A stretch of 61,040 nt of DNA, the filler included, from Streblomastix strix (lineage: Eukaryota), in assembly GCA_008636045.1 (NCBI GenBank). It is 3 parts of 3 records of this genome, joined end to end, with 100 filler letters (N's around TTAATTAATTAA, not from the genome) between each part and the next. Parts side by side here need not be neighbours in the genome. Positions count along the whole stretch, not along the records: positions 1 to 20,283 come from SNRW01000442.1; 2 more parts are not named here. One strand, written 5' to 3'. Every line of letters begins with the position of its first letter. The stretch's first letter is position 1. The notes below the pieces were generated by a model, which saw only the letters and a program-made list of their open reading frames with translations, was not told the origin of the DNA and did not search any database. Below are positions 1-14,450 of this stretch, piece by piece. The translations under genes were made by a program, and so were the position numbers.

Positions 1-93
<93 letters not shown>

Positions 94-104
94 TATATAT
101 ATAT
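1..104. repeat. (AT)n microsatellite, inside a formin intron
   Basis: Near-perfect AT dinucleotide run upstream of the AG acceptor at 139-140. Confidence 0.95.
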
Positions 105-140
105 TCTTTTCTTTTTAATAAATATATCTAACATATTTAG

Positions 141-3100
141 TAAAGATCTTGAGGACATGAATATTGTCATAGAATGTCTGCATTGCATATAAGAACTTTT
201 CCGATATCCAGTTTGAATTACAATTTCATTATTTAAAGAATATAACAATTAATTTTATTATCATTTAACCACATCTATCAATAATAATTATCCATTATTA
301 TATATAGGACAACATCAAAGAGTTTCTTGAGTATCCAGGATCATTCAGATAGTTTGTCATGCCTCTGATGATCTAAGATTCAGTAGAGCACCTTCTTCCA
401 AAGTTTATTGAGATCGCCTCGATCACAATGGAGCTAATGGGTGCTATATGTCTAATAGACGAGAAGATATTCAACAATGGGGTCAGATACGTGTAAGATG
501 GGCTTGATTTCCTGAGGAAGAACATGAGGTAGAGCAGTTAGTATGAACAAGTGATGATAATGTTCAACATGGATCATTAATCTGAGGAGAAGAAGAAGTT
601 CCAATAAAGCCACAGTGCTAATGTTAATACTAACTAAGTAGATAGTTTTGGAGGAGCAGCTGCTGGAAGTGCAATACAAGAGAAGGATGAACAAGCTTTG
701 CTGATGATTGGCCTGAAATGTAACATAATGAAGTTATTGAATGCAATTATTGTGAAGATTGATTCTGGTTATAACAGAATGAGGTTGAGAGCTGAATTAG
801 AACAGATGGGATTGAAGATTGTGTTGAAGGTTTTGATATATTGCTATTATCTATTATTTATTTATTACTAAATTATATTACAAACTTTAATTCTCATATT
901 ATAAATAGTAACTAATCAATAAATCTCCCCCACAAGACCTCAAAATGCAGATAATGACATATTTGGATGAAGAAAGACTTGATCTGCAGGAAATGGGGAT
1001 GTTATTACCTGAAGAAGAATCACCTCAAACTCCAACATCAACATTGAAGAAGGACCAGAATATTGGAAGTGGATCATTGAAGAAGACTAAAGGAAAAGAA
1101 ACAGACAAATTATCATCATCAGGAGATTAGACAAAGACACTTGAAAGAGGACAAATTAGTCCGCATGATAAGCAGATATTGGCGATGCTGGATAAATCAT
1201 CATATGCAGCCTTGTATGGTGGTATGTCTATTGCTCTCAGGCAGGATATTGGCGAGATTGGATTTGACATAATTGATGGGAATGATAATAACTAAGGTCC
1301 AAAAGGGACTAAATAACAACATCTGAGTAAGAGTGAAACGGAATCAAGTAAAGATCTGGATACAGAAATGGATAAACTCACAATAATGCTTAAGAAGCAG
1401 CCATTAGAGATGACTTTTGGACAAATCCTTAAGAGAATCGAAGGATTCCGCAACACAGAATCCTTCATGGAAGCCATAATACAGCACATCGCCCACTTCA
1501 GGATAGATTCATCAGTGTGGAAAGTAGCAGAATCACTTATGAACCAGATGTCCAGAGAAAGAGACGAAGAGAAACTGAGCTCAAGTCAGTTTGTTGCTGT
1601 CCCAAGGAATCAAGCTGATCTGAATGCGATTGAACTGAAGAAGCTTAGAAGAGATGCAGACAACAGAACAGCAACTGTGAATAATGTGAAGATTGTTCTG
1701 AAGAAGATGCTGAAGAAAGGCGAGAAGTCTTTGGGGAAGAAGTTGAAAGCTCACAAAGACGATGGATAAGATAAAGATGCTGATGTTGATAGCGATGATC
1801 AGAAAGTGGATGTATCAACTAATAATAAGAAAGGTGGGTCTAGAATTGATAATCTGAATATAACTGCATTGGCTAATAACCTTCAGAGAGTTTAGAGGTA
1901 GATGATCAAGGAGATTAAGAAGTATGATAAGTTGCAGGACGATATGAAGAAGCTGTAAAAAGAATTGGAAGCTGAGCAACTAATAAGAAGAAAGACATAA
2001 GATGAATTGAGGCAGAGTTATGCGAATATAAATATATCAAGTGCATAAATACCATAGGATACAACATCTACAGCATCTACAACTACTACTAAATCACTTT
2101 CATAACAAATACAAATAACAAAGAAACTTAGGAATAACATATTCTCCAAATCAGACTCAAGCAATAAAACCAAACAAAAGAATCAGGACCTGATGAAATC
2201 ATCTGAATTTGCGAATATAGACAATGAAGATCAGTCGTAATCTGAATCTGAATCTACAGATATGGATGATAGTAATTCAGATAGCAATAAAGAGAAGGGG
2301 AAATAGGAGAAGAAATAAGATAAGGATTTGAATGAAGGTTAATAGGCTAATGAATAAGCTAATTAATAATAGACTACTGTATCTACTACAGGATAAGAAA
2401 CAATAACTGATTAATCACTTCCTGAAGCTCCATAACTCCAATAACCAACATCCGATCAACAAATAGATGACTCAATTCCATCCACTATTCCATCATCATA
2501 ACCCAATACAGACACCAATTAATAAATATAAGATATTAGTATATAATAATAAGATGGAAACATTCCACCTCCACCACCATTAATGAGCTTCAATGGTGAT
2601 TCAATACCACCTCCACCACCAATGGGCATAATAAGTTCATCTGGAGTTCCTCCACCCCCATTACTTGGGAATATTAAACCAGCTGGTATGATATCACAGA
2701 GGAAAGTAAGGAAGCCTAAGTAACCTCTGAAAGCTCTTCATTGGGCCAAGATTGGTGAAAGAGATGCAGGGACTTCTGAGATATGGAAGAATTGTAAGGA
2801 TGAGGATCTAGTTCTGGATGAAGAAGAGATTGAAGCTCTTTTTGGAAGGGTTATTGTGAAGAAGAAAGTTGTAGTATTATAATAGGATAGCACAAATGAT
2901 GATGAACAAGGTGGACAGAAGATCAATTAAGCTCTTCCTCCATTCTTGACATAAGGTAGATCTATGTAAGTAGGTGTTGTATTAGGATAGTTCAAAGGAC
3001 ATGGATCCGGTAATGATCTATAGGATGATTATCAGTATCAGTAAGGTGGTAGTGCAATGGATGCAGTAGATGATGCATTCCAATCAGTTGTATCTCTAGA

Positions 3101-4979
3101 TTAAAGTATCCTAACATCTGAGATGGTCAAGACTCTTCTCTCATGCGCTGTTCCTAATGAAGCTGATCGAGATGCTGTTTAAGACATTGTCAATTCTCCC
3201 AATGTATAAACTGAGCTTCAAAGATTACCCAGACCTGATAGATTAGTAGCAATGCTTACTCTTATTCCCAGAGTTGAGGAGAGGTTGAAGTGTATACTAT
3301 TCAAACATAGAGTTATGGATATTACTGAATACTTACAACCTAATCTGTAGTGTATAAGTCAAGCTGCATATGAATTGAAGCATTCATCGAAGTTCAAGTC
3401 TGTTCTAGAACTTATATTGGCTGTTGGTAACTTGCTTAATGGAACAACGCAACAAGGAGGTGCAAGTGGATTTCATTTGGATACACTCACTAAATTAAGT
3501 GAACTCAGATAGAATGTTGGTACAGGCACACTTCTAGAGTATTTAGTCAAACTTATGAGAATACATACAAGTTCATCACTGAAGAATAAGAATAAACAAA
3601 GAAGATAAATAGAAAGTGGAACTGATAATAATAATAATACTAATAAACAAGAAGGACAGAATGCATAAGGAGCAAAAGTAGATGAAAATGATTATAATTC
3701 AATCGCTAATAACACAGACCTCCTTATTCACTTCCCAGATGAACTCCCACATCTGAGAACAGCATCAACACTCTCATTGTCAGCATTGGATCAGGATATC
3801 AAAGATATGGAGAATGGTATGGCTTTATTATAGATTGAGATTGAAGCTGGAAGGAAGGTGCTTAATTCAGAGTAGAACAGATTGAATTAAGGAAGTTAAT
3901 CTACTCAGTAAAGTGGGATTATTCTGAAGAAGGAATAATTGTCTCTGAAGAATGCGAGATCCTTCTTGAGTCAGATGCAAGGGATACATTAATCTTTCTA
4001 AGAATAACTAAATGAGATAAATAAAACAAGGAAGAAAGTTGCAGTTGATGTGGAGAATATATTGGTAGCATTTGGAGAGGCTGAATTTGCAGATGAAGTG
4101 ACAACAACAAATACAACAAATTAAACACCATCAATATTAACTGGAGAAAATTAAGCGCAAATCCCAGAAAATGAAACCAAACCCATCAAACAAGAAGTCA
4201 AATCCAGATTAAAAGGGAAACCAAAGATCCAAATTGATGAGCTCTTTGGTATAGTGAATAGATTTGTGGATAATGTACAGAAGATTTCATAAGGACTGGA
4301 TGAAACAGCCAGGAAATTGGACGAGGAGAAAAGAAGAGAAGAAAAGAAGAAGGAAAATGTGAAGTAGAAAATTGGAGGATCTTTATAAGGCAATCCGAAG
4401 TAGAATATGTTGATGCAGGATCTGTCATCTGTTCTGAAAGGTAGGATGTTATAAAAAGGTGGTAATTAGGTAAAAATTAATGAATAAACTAATGATCAAA
4501 ACAAGGATAATGCAGCAAATGATAATAAACCACCTGGATCTTTAATAGCTCCAGATTATAACACGTCTCTTTCAGCTGCATAACAGATAAAGAATCAAAA
4601 CATCAGATCCACATCTCCAAGTCAATTAGCAGGAACCAACAGATTTTAGCCCAGTTTCTAAGGGACATCACCTTAAACACTTCTTAAACACACCAATTAA
4701 ACTACAACTTAACCATCTACTCTTAATGCATAATAATTACCTCCTCCTCCCCCACCAGTAATTGAGACTTCTACAACTGAATTAAAAGAGACATAAGAAA
4801 CATAATAAGAGGAAGTCCTGAGTCAGTAATAATAATAATAACAGCAATTGAGTGTTCAGCCTCCAAAAGGAGCTGTCCCTTCAGCTACAGCTGTTATATT
4901 TGCATAACAATCTGAACTGGAGAAATTAAAGAAGGGTTTGAATGATGGGAATATGCTCAGAAGAAAAAGAAAATAATGA
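141..4979 (+). CDS. Diaphanous-related formin (GBD/FH3-FH1-FH2), 5' partial; exons ~141-210, 308-829, 909-4979
   Basis: With TAR=Gln: FH3-like MELMGAICL...KLLNAII...RMRLRAELEQMGLKIVL; poly-Pro FH1 at ~2560-2665; FH2 LKALHWAKI and LELILAVGNLLNG...GASGFHLDTLTKL; GT-AG introns; TGA at 4977-4979. Confidence 0.93.
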
Positions 4980-5099
4980 GGTCGAATATTTTGTGTTGTT
5001 TCATTTCGCTCATTGTTGTATTAGTTCTTTTAATATTTTCAAAAAATAATAAATATGTGAAATACAAATAACATAAATATTTATTAAATGAAATTATGA

Positions 5100-6146
5100 T
5101 CATTTTCCTTATTCTTCTTCATCATTATTTGCATCTGTATTATTATCATTTTATTCTTAATTATTGTTATCTTATCCATTTTATTCTTCATTTTAATTAT
5201 TTTCTTCATCAGCATCTTCTTCATCATCATCTTCTTCATCAGCATCAATATCATCTTCATCTTCTTCTCCTTCATTGTTTCCTTATCCAAAAAGTCCACG
5301 AATTCTCTCTAAAGCTTATTAAATTAATCCTCCTCCTTCTTCTTCTTCATTTCCTTCTTCTTCATCTTCTTCACCTTCTTTCTTCTCCTTCTTTTTAACA
5401 TCATATAAGGGTTCCTAACAAACAGGGCATCTATATATCATATTCTTCCACATCTCTTCATAACAACTTACATGAATAAAATGACCACATTTCATTGGCA
5501 TGGATGATTCTCTTGATGTATACATATTCTCAAAACAAACTGGACAATTTCTTTGTGTTGCTTCTTACAAACATTTATGATTCCCTTATTATGTAATAGA
5601 CAAGCAACATCCGCATGTGTCACAGTGGAAGTAGTTCTATCTCAAACCCATTCGACATAATTTACCTGTTATAATAAAATATATTATTAATTATATTCCA
5701 ATAATTAAATCTATCACACATTTTTCACAGTGAAACTTTGGTGTAAATGGACGACTATCAAAAAATCTGCAGATTTCACAGAAATATTCTGAAAATTTGT
5801 TATTGCAATGCTCACAAATATCATCAAATTTCCCAATCTTATTGCAACGATAACAAAAAACCTTTGCTATCTTTTGACGCACTAATTAATGGTCAGATAT
5901 TTCGTCATGGCAAACTCGGCATGGGAAAAATCGTTCACAATCTGGACATTGGACTGAACATTCCCGGAGATAGTGAGCGCATCCATAGAAATAAACGCTT
6001 TCAAGAGGAAGAAAATCTTTTGGTATAATTTTTTCTTCCTAATCTTAATCATCTTCGGTTTTTATTTTTTCAGCAGCTGTCTTGATTAAATCTTCAGCGT
6101 TCTACCAATTCATAGCTATAATCTCTGGCTATGACTCAACTTGCAT
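5100..6146 (-). CDS. RCHY1: CHY zinc finger/RING E3 ligase (Pirh2/RCHY1-like) with acidic tail; one short intron near 5670-5715
   Basis: YGCAHYLRECSVQCPDCERFFPCRVCHDE...YFCEICRFFD...FHCDTCG...NCPVCFENMYTSRE...CGHFIHVSC...CPVC. Confidence 0.9.
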
Positions 6147-6975
6147 TAATTTAATACTTATATTCTCACCCGATTTTTTCCAATGAACTAAAATTCAAAA
6201 AACTGTAAAAAAATTATCAAAGCAAAAAACAAACGTTGGGTATAAGAAGGTGTAAATTCCACATCTTCAGGAAGGTCAAAAGAGCATTTTATTCTCCCGT
6301 TTGGATATATTTAAAGTAAATTTTCTGCCATCTAAATAGAAAAACAGAAATTAAGATAAAAATTCGAAAACTAATTTATATAAATTAGTATTATGCATTT
6401 AGCACTATAAACGAACATATAAATAATTATAACATATAAATTATCAACTATTTTACATTTATGCAATTTGGGAGTCGAAAAATTTGAGAGTGTAATTTTT
6501 ACATTTCTTTTTGCGCTTGTTTGTAAAAGCTTATTATTTATTAACATAAAAGCCATTCTGAATGCAATTTTTATTTTGTATTTGTTTTTAAACATAAAGT
6601 TGATAATTACTCGAAAAGGGATGAATAAAATAAAATAAAATAAAGATACAGATTATCTATTAACATAAAGAAAAAATCTAATAATTTCAAATATATGCAT
6701 ACAAAATAAGGTAATAATTAAATGGTTAGCCAATTAAATTGAAATTCTAGATAACCCTATATAAGTGAAAAATATCAATTCAATTAAATGAAACTATTTC
6801 ATAAAAAAATTAAAAATTAAATTAAATATGATTGAAGAGAAAGAATGAATAAATAAGAAGTAAATGTTGAGTTCTATTAATCAAAGCCGCCTATTTATCT
6901 ATATTGAATATGGCTGTTAATAATGTCAATAGAATTATTATAATCATATATTCTTCTATAGTATAAATATATATG

Positions 6976-9392
6976 TCATATAGTCCATGGAACAAATGAA
7001 ATGTTTTAATCTGGTTTTTTCACTTAATTTTTCACTTTATAAGCTTTGTATAAACCTTGTGATAGAATCTAAGAAATTTAATATTTATTCGTTTGATTAT
7101 TTAAAAGAAAAAATAAAAATGAATTAATATTAACATAAATATAATGAATTAATATTAACATAAATATAATGAATTAATATTAACATAAATATAATGAATT
7201 AATATTAACATAAATATAATGAATTAATAAACCTTATATTTTATTAAATAATTATTAATATAATAACATGTTTTTCATACCACTATTTTTATATCTTCTT
7301 ATATTCCTTTAACACCAATATTTATTTACTAAGTCATATTTGCATTAGTGAAGAATTTAGCAGTTATTTAACTAGCCTAATAAATATATTTAAAAAAACC
7401 ATTTGATTAAATATAAATAAATTAAATAATAAATGAAAAAATGATAAATATACTGTCATGTCAAGTTGAAGGCATAAAGTTGTCCATTTCTGAAGCTTAG
7501 ATGTAGAAGATGATGATTATTATACAGATTATGAAGATTAAGATTAAATTGATGTGGAAGATGTTTATTATGAAGTGGGTTATTATATATCTTATTATTA
7601 TGTTGGTATTTTGTGTTAAGATGATATAGCTTATGATTATGAAGATATAATAGAAGATGATTATTATTATTAATTGTCTGTGGAATTCCTCTTGTATAAT
7701 TGAGTACCATTCATATAGAGCGCAAATCTGGTTCAGTATATAAAAAAATAAGGATAAAATATATTTGCAAATTATATTGTGATTTGATTATTCATTTCTT
7801 ATAATAAAATTATTATCACAAACTCTGGAAGTACAAAAACTACTCCTTTCAAATTTATCATATCTCTATATGACATTAAATTTGGTATTTCTTCATCAAT
7901 CTTTACAACTGCAATACCTGTGTTATAATAAATAATTATAAAAAGTATAAAATATTTATATTAATGAATAAATTATTGTATAATAATAATAAATCTTATA
8001 TTTATTATTAATCAAATAATCTACTAATATATATAATATATATACCTCCATATAATACTGTTTTCAGGACTACAAGAACTGCTTATACCATATCAGGGGT
8101 TATTTCAACTTTCTAATCAGTCTTTATTTTAGGAACCAGAGTTTCATCTATTTAAATCTTTTCTTTTTATTTCTGATCTTATATTGTTTGTTTTTACTTT
8201 AATTATGTTTATTCTTTAGTTTATTATTTTTCTTTCTCTTTTTTATTCTCCTTCAATTTCTGATTTTCTTTTTCTTTATCTTTTTGTACCTACAATTCAT
8301 TGAATACAACTTTTACTTTAACCTTATCTCTCTTAACTAATTCACTTTCTGTATTTGAACTCATTTAATCTTTCTCTTCTTATTCTTCTTATTCTTATAT
8401 TTACTACTATTATATATCATATGTAGATCTTAGTATATCCACCACCTACTCATACAACTTCGCTTTCTATTTAAGATTCTTCTTCTCATGCTTCATCAGT
8501 TATCTCTGATTGTCTGCTTACTATATTCTATCATCAATATCAACCAATCTTTCATCCAATATATCTCCAGAATGACAATCAATCTCTGTTGCATTCCAGG
8601 CTATGGCAAGTTCTGGCTGTGATTCATACAGCCAACTTTCATTGACTCTTTCTTGCCAGTTGATTTCTTACTGTAATTCTGCTATTTGAATTAGTTTAGT
8701 GGATTTTTCTTTCATTTATTTCTATCTTTGTTTATTTGTCTGTTGTTTTTAAGCTATTTCTTATTATTCAGATTATTCTCTGTGTTATATTCGCATCTCA
8801 GATATTAATTATTCTCTCTTGGACATCACAAGTTATTTCATTCTTTCTTCTTCATCTTCATCTTTCTCTCCAAAGATTAAGAAAGTTCCTCCAAATGATT
8901 TGCCTTCCTTATTTGCAGATCTTGCTTTATCTAGCAAAATGTGCATCTTTCCTGTTACTGATAGAATTGATGTGCATAATAACTACGCATATAAGTTAAA
9001 TATAGATAATAATTATTTAAATCGAATAAATGAAATATTTATAAATGTTATTTATGCCTTAATATGATCATTCTGAGTTTATTCTAATCGCGTAATTAAT
9101 ATGTCATCTAATTTAAGATCTATAACCAATTTCTAAACCCGCTATTTCCATTCATTATTAGCAGCTAGATAAATATAAAATAAAATAAAGAAAAAAAAAT
9201 TTTTAATAAATATTTAAAAAAAAATGATATTTGCATACTAGTAAGTAAGCGCAAAATTAGCTATAGCAGTTATTCTTGAGATTTTCCCTTTGTTGTTGCA
9301 ATATTTGCAATAGAATCTCTAAATATTCGTTCGTTCTCATCACTAATATTCGTTTTCTCTTTTTTGATGTCTGTGGTCGTGGCTACAGGCAT
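6976..9392 (-). CDS. Multi-exon hypothetical protein: coiled-coil middle, possible divergent SPRY/B30.2-like C-terminus
   Basis: Open exons with TAR=Gln separated by AT-rich introns; C-terminal beta-rich segments (GIAVVK...NGTQL...LCLQLDM...AKFFTN...VKGIQEDIKIV...FVPW); exon boundaries approximate. Confidence 0.6.
7118..7229. repeat. 25-bp intronic minisatellite, ~4.5 copies
   Basis: Unit AATGAATTAATATTAACATAAATAT at 7118, 7143, 7168, 7193 and a partial copy at 7218. Confidence 0.95.
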
Positions 9393-10192
9393 TTTAATCT
9401 TTTGTTATGAAACAGTTTTTTTCATATTAGTCTTAATAAACAATAAAATAGGAAAATTATAAAATTAAAAAGAACTTTAATATGGAATTTGCAAAAAAAA
9501 GTGTTTTATATTATTAATTCATTTTATCAACTATAGAGCTAATAATAAAAATATATAATAAAAAAATAATCAAAAATTTAAATATTAAAATTGAATAGAG
9601 TTGATACAAATAAATTAATATTGATTTAAGGAGCAAAAAGTAAAGCTAAAAAACCTATTCCTGTGGGTTAGAAATAGCTAATAAGTAAATTAATATTCGT
9701 ACATTATTTTTTAAAATATATATGATTTGTTTAATTTTGCAGATTTTTACAAGAATAGCGCTGTATTTATCCGCCAAAACAGTAAAATTATATTTCACCT
9801 TTTTTTTACTACAATAATCAGCCTTAGTTTAACTTTTATTGCTTGATTGCAATTAGCTCTATTTCTAATTTGTATTTATGTGGATCAAACAAAAGATTTA
9901 GCTAAATCATGCTAACTTTGCTAAACTTTTTTTCACTAACTTTGCTTCTTGAATAGCACAAGAACCAATAGCAATTTTTTGATGTTTTTGATATCTTTGA
10001 CATGATTATATATTATATATTTATATTTTACTCGTATACATATTTTATTTAATGAAATTCTTTTGATTTTACCATTTTTTAATTCAAATTTATTTTTCTT
10101 ACCAACTTTTTAACTTTTGAAATTATCAAATCACTATAAATGATATTAATAAATATTTTTTTCTTGTTTATATAATTTCATTTATTATAGAC

Positions 10193-12412
10193 ATGCAGAT
10201 TTTCATACACACTTACAGCTAGCATACAATTGCAATTGAAGTTGAAGAGACCTATACAATTTTTCAAGTGAAACAGATAATAGAAGAAAAAATCTCAATT
10301 ATTTATGAATCACAGAACCTCATTTATAATGGGAAGATACTTGATGATGATTTAACTCTGAAATACTATGACATTCATATGTTATCCGATCTTCACTTGT
10401 TGGTTCGAAAAATATCTGGATATATTCTCAATGTACAAACACCTTCTGGATTGATTTAATTGACTAAATGCAGTAGTTCTTTTCTCATTGAAGATGTAAA
10501 GAATCATATTGAATCCAAGAGTGGAATACCAATGGAATTACAACGGCTGATAAACAAAGGAGAACTTCTTTCAGATTGGATTTCACTTGATGAATATGGT
10601 TTTAAATCTAGAAGTGAAATAGTGTTGAGTATTCTTACATTTGAAGAGATACATTTCTTTGTGAAATCAACAACTGGTTTATTAATACCTTTGAATATGA
10701 ATTAATTAAGCTCAATTATGAGAGTGAAATAGGTAATTTAAGAAGTTGAATTAATACCAGTTGAATAACAAGTATTATCTTTTGCAGATAAACAATTGGA
10801 AGATTTAAATACATTAAAGAATTATTCAATAGAAAATGAATCAACACTTATTCTTGCTCTGAATTCAGACATTCAACCATCTTCTCGAATGAATATCCTT
10901 AGTTTATTGCAATCAATATCATCTACTCATTCAGAAAATGAACAGTTAAGAAGAGCAAAATAACTTCATAATTAGATTTTATTGGATTCAGATAAGATTA
11001 ACTTTGAATCCAGCAATGGTTATTAATTTTGCTCTGAATTAGCAATCCAGATTGGAGGAGGAACAACACAAACACAAATTGAACTGTTGAATATTGTTGG
11101 AATAATTGCAAAACAAGGAGTTGATACATCAAATAAAGATGCGAAGAACAAATTCCATGAAACATTCATCAGAACAAGAATGAGATAAAGAATTGGTGTT
11201 ATTATAAGGAGAGAGATGAAAGAAGAAGAAAATTAAGCTAAAGATGGGATTGTCAAATATTCTGAGTTGGTTATAAACCTTTTTGAAATCTTCTCATATA
11301 TCAATAAGAGTTAAAATATTGGGTATTAAAGCAATAATTCATGTGGAAAATTCTTAGTTAACTTTATCAACAATCTAATGAACATCTTATAAAATCAAAA
11401 AGATGATGAAGAATAAGTTAAGTAAGGAATTGATATAAATAAGGAATTGATTAATGCAGCACGAGTGTTTAGATCAATGGGATTAATAACTTAAAATGAA
11501 CTAAATTTCGAAATGCTTCTTTCTTAATATAAGATTTTGGATTTGATTGCTCCTTTAATTCATCTGAACTGCGCTAATGAAAAGAATTGTCCAAATCGAC
11601 TCACATTTCCTAAAACACTATCATTTGATAATCTGCGTGAAGCTATTTTCATCGTACTGGAATAATTCTTTTACTTCGGACATAACACAACCTAAGATTT
11701 TTTTGAACAAAATCTTTGTATTCTCCCAAATATTTTATAATTTATATTAAATTTCATTTAATATTCAATGACATAAACTGGCTTCAGCATCAAATATAAT
11801 AAACTCAGTGATGAATAAATAAACAAAAATCAAGAATCAATAATATATCATCTCAATTTCCTTTATTTTCTCATCAATAAATACACTATAAGATATAATA
11901 ATGAATAATTCATTCCAATTATTATTCCTGCTCTCTTATAACTATCAACATATAAAGCTGGTCTCCATTAATATTAACAATTTGAATATTAGACAGACAG
12001 CATACGATCAGTTAGTTTTCAATGTCTTAATCATTTTGTTTTTGATAATGATGAACAAATTCAACTTAAACTCTTCCAAGATGGTCGTTACGTCCAATCA
12101 CTGACTAACCAAATTGCAACGTGTGGTGGAAGCTGTGAATAGAATCGCAGAAACATCAATTCAGCTATGAAATACTTTGACAACATCTTTTACACATTAT
12201 TCAAAAAACCTAAATTTGCTAATAGTCCAATAGTGAAAGAAATTAAGGATTAAATAATAGAAGAAGGAGCATTAGATGAGATTGAAGCAAATTTATTTAA
12301 TATTGAAACAGTATACAATAATAGGTACTATTCAGATCCAGAGCTTTACAATTCAAATCCTGAGTTAGCTAAACTGGATATAATGAATACTTATCTTTAA
12401 AGACCAGATTGA
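10193..12412 (+). CDS. Three tandem ubiquitin-like domains fused to an ARM-like helical region
   Basis: MQIFIHTY...NLIYNGKILDDDLTLKYYDI; GIPMELQRLINKGELL; IPVEQQVLSFADKQLEDLNTLKNYSIENESTL; followed by a helical region with ATCGGSCE and EEGALDEIEANL. Confidence 0.85.
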
Positions 12413-12699
12413 GAGGGTATATTAAGATTTGATCAAGATAAGAATGGCAATATAAGTTTGAATTATAATTGAAATAAGACGTACTTGGAGTTGCTTACGT
12501 CAAAATCTGTGGGATTTTAATAAAATAAAATATTTATACACTTAAACTATTTATTATCCTTTTTTTTGTTGTATGTATAACAAGTAAGTACTATTCACTT
12601 ACACAAGTAATTTAATAATTATATATTTATTTTAATTGGCCCTTCGACTAAAAGAAAACTGTAGTAGTAAACATTTTTATTCTTGTTCAGATTCGTTAA

Positions 12700-14450
12700 C
12701 AATTTTAGTCTGATTATTTTTGTTTTATTCATTCTTCTTTCTTTTCCTCTTCCGCATAGAATATCCGCATAATTAATATTCACTCACATCATCGTCTTCT
12801 TCTTATTCTTCATTATCAATGTGCAACTATCATCCCTCTTGTTATCATTCATCTATATATATCTAACATGAAACTCTTTGAATTCCTCACAATGTTGAAC
12901 CAAACACATTCTTATATTTTCTTCCAAATCGATGATCACATCTATATAATGGAACATGAAATAATATAGCAGTTTATTCTCTTTTTTAATCTGGTTCTTT
13001 TTTAAGCTTTACAAATTTAACTGCAATATCTATTACACGAACTATTTCAATCTCAAATTCTTATTCTTACAGAGACTAATTATCTATACTTTCTTAAGCT
13101 CTATAAGCACACTTCAATGTTATAATATATTTATAAACACTCAATTTTTCTAAATGTTGTGATAGCAATGGTTTTTCTTCAGCAATTATACAATTATTCT
13201 AAATGTATTCAAAAATGAAAATCCTTCAATAAAAAATTTTTGCCAATTTTATTTATCGAATACTTTTTTTATAATGTTTCTGGTGCAATAGTAGTTATTT
13301 GAATATGACGAGTGTCCCACATCAAAGAAATTAAGTTAATAAAGCAAATAAATTATGTTGAATAAATAAAGATGACTATTTATAGTAAAAAAAGTCTATA
13401 CTTGGTTAATGTAAGATAAAATACTCATATGTGTTTGATTAAAGAATGATATGATTGATAATATTTAAAAATGCAATTGAATAAGAAAAGAACAATTAAT
13501 GGAAAATGAGTGGAAAAGAAAAAAATATTTGTTATATACTAGTGATTAGTATATGTTCCGCTGCTTGAAGATAATTAAATATTGTTCAAACGTTAATAGA
13601 ATCATTTGCATCTTTATTAATTTCAAGGTCTTCTTCTCTTAATCTATCATACAATTTTATTAAATCTTCATTCAATTTATATATCAATGTTCGTTTTTTA
13701 TTGATTTATTTCCTATATCTTTAACATTTATTATTGAGTTATAATTTGAATGATTTTTCTTTAACATCGAATGGTTAAAATTATAGTGCAAAAGTACAAG
13801 GTACGTTTTCTTTAAACTCTTGGTAATTTTATATGATTACATCATCAAGCTATGAACGTGATACTCTAATTATATCTTTTTCGCCTATGTGAATAGAATG
13901 ATTCTTTAGTTCCAATTATTTATATTTGTTTGTTTTATTTTTTTAATTTCTTTGATATTGAGTATTCGTCATATTCACATAACTACTCGTGATTTATTAA
14001 TAGTTCAATTCCTTTTGAAGACATTGAACTTTCACTTTCATATTGTATAAATTTTTATTCAATTTATGAAGGAGTAGAATTTAATTCATTTAAATATTAT
14101 ATATAAAATAAATTAATAAATTATTAGTAAGTTTCCTTACCCATTCAGTTCTTTCATGAGAATGAATAAATCCTAATCATATGAACAAATCAAGAAATCC
14201 TTTCTTTAGAGCTGATTAGCAGAATCAATTTGTAAATCTTTGAATGAATTTAAATTTAAAATCACTTTGACCACAACAAATATATAATATTTATCTTTCA
14301 TATTAATTTAGTTTTGGAACTGGAGATGTGAAATGTGTTAAATAAGAATATATTTAAGATTTACTACGTATAACATCTTTCATTTTGATGCAGCATATGG
14401 AAAGTTAACTTGGTTGCTTTTCATTTAAAAATTTGCTATATCAATAAGAT
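12700..14450 (-). pseudogene. Degraded coding relics of unknown family
   Basis: Coding-like composition, an open stretch at ~13586-14095, in-frame TGAs and a splice donor lacking a clear acceptor. Confidence 0.35.
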
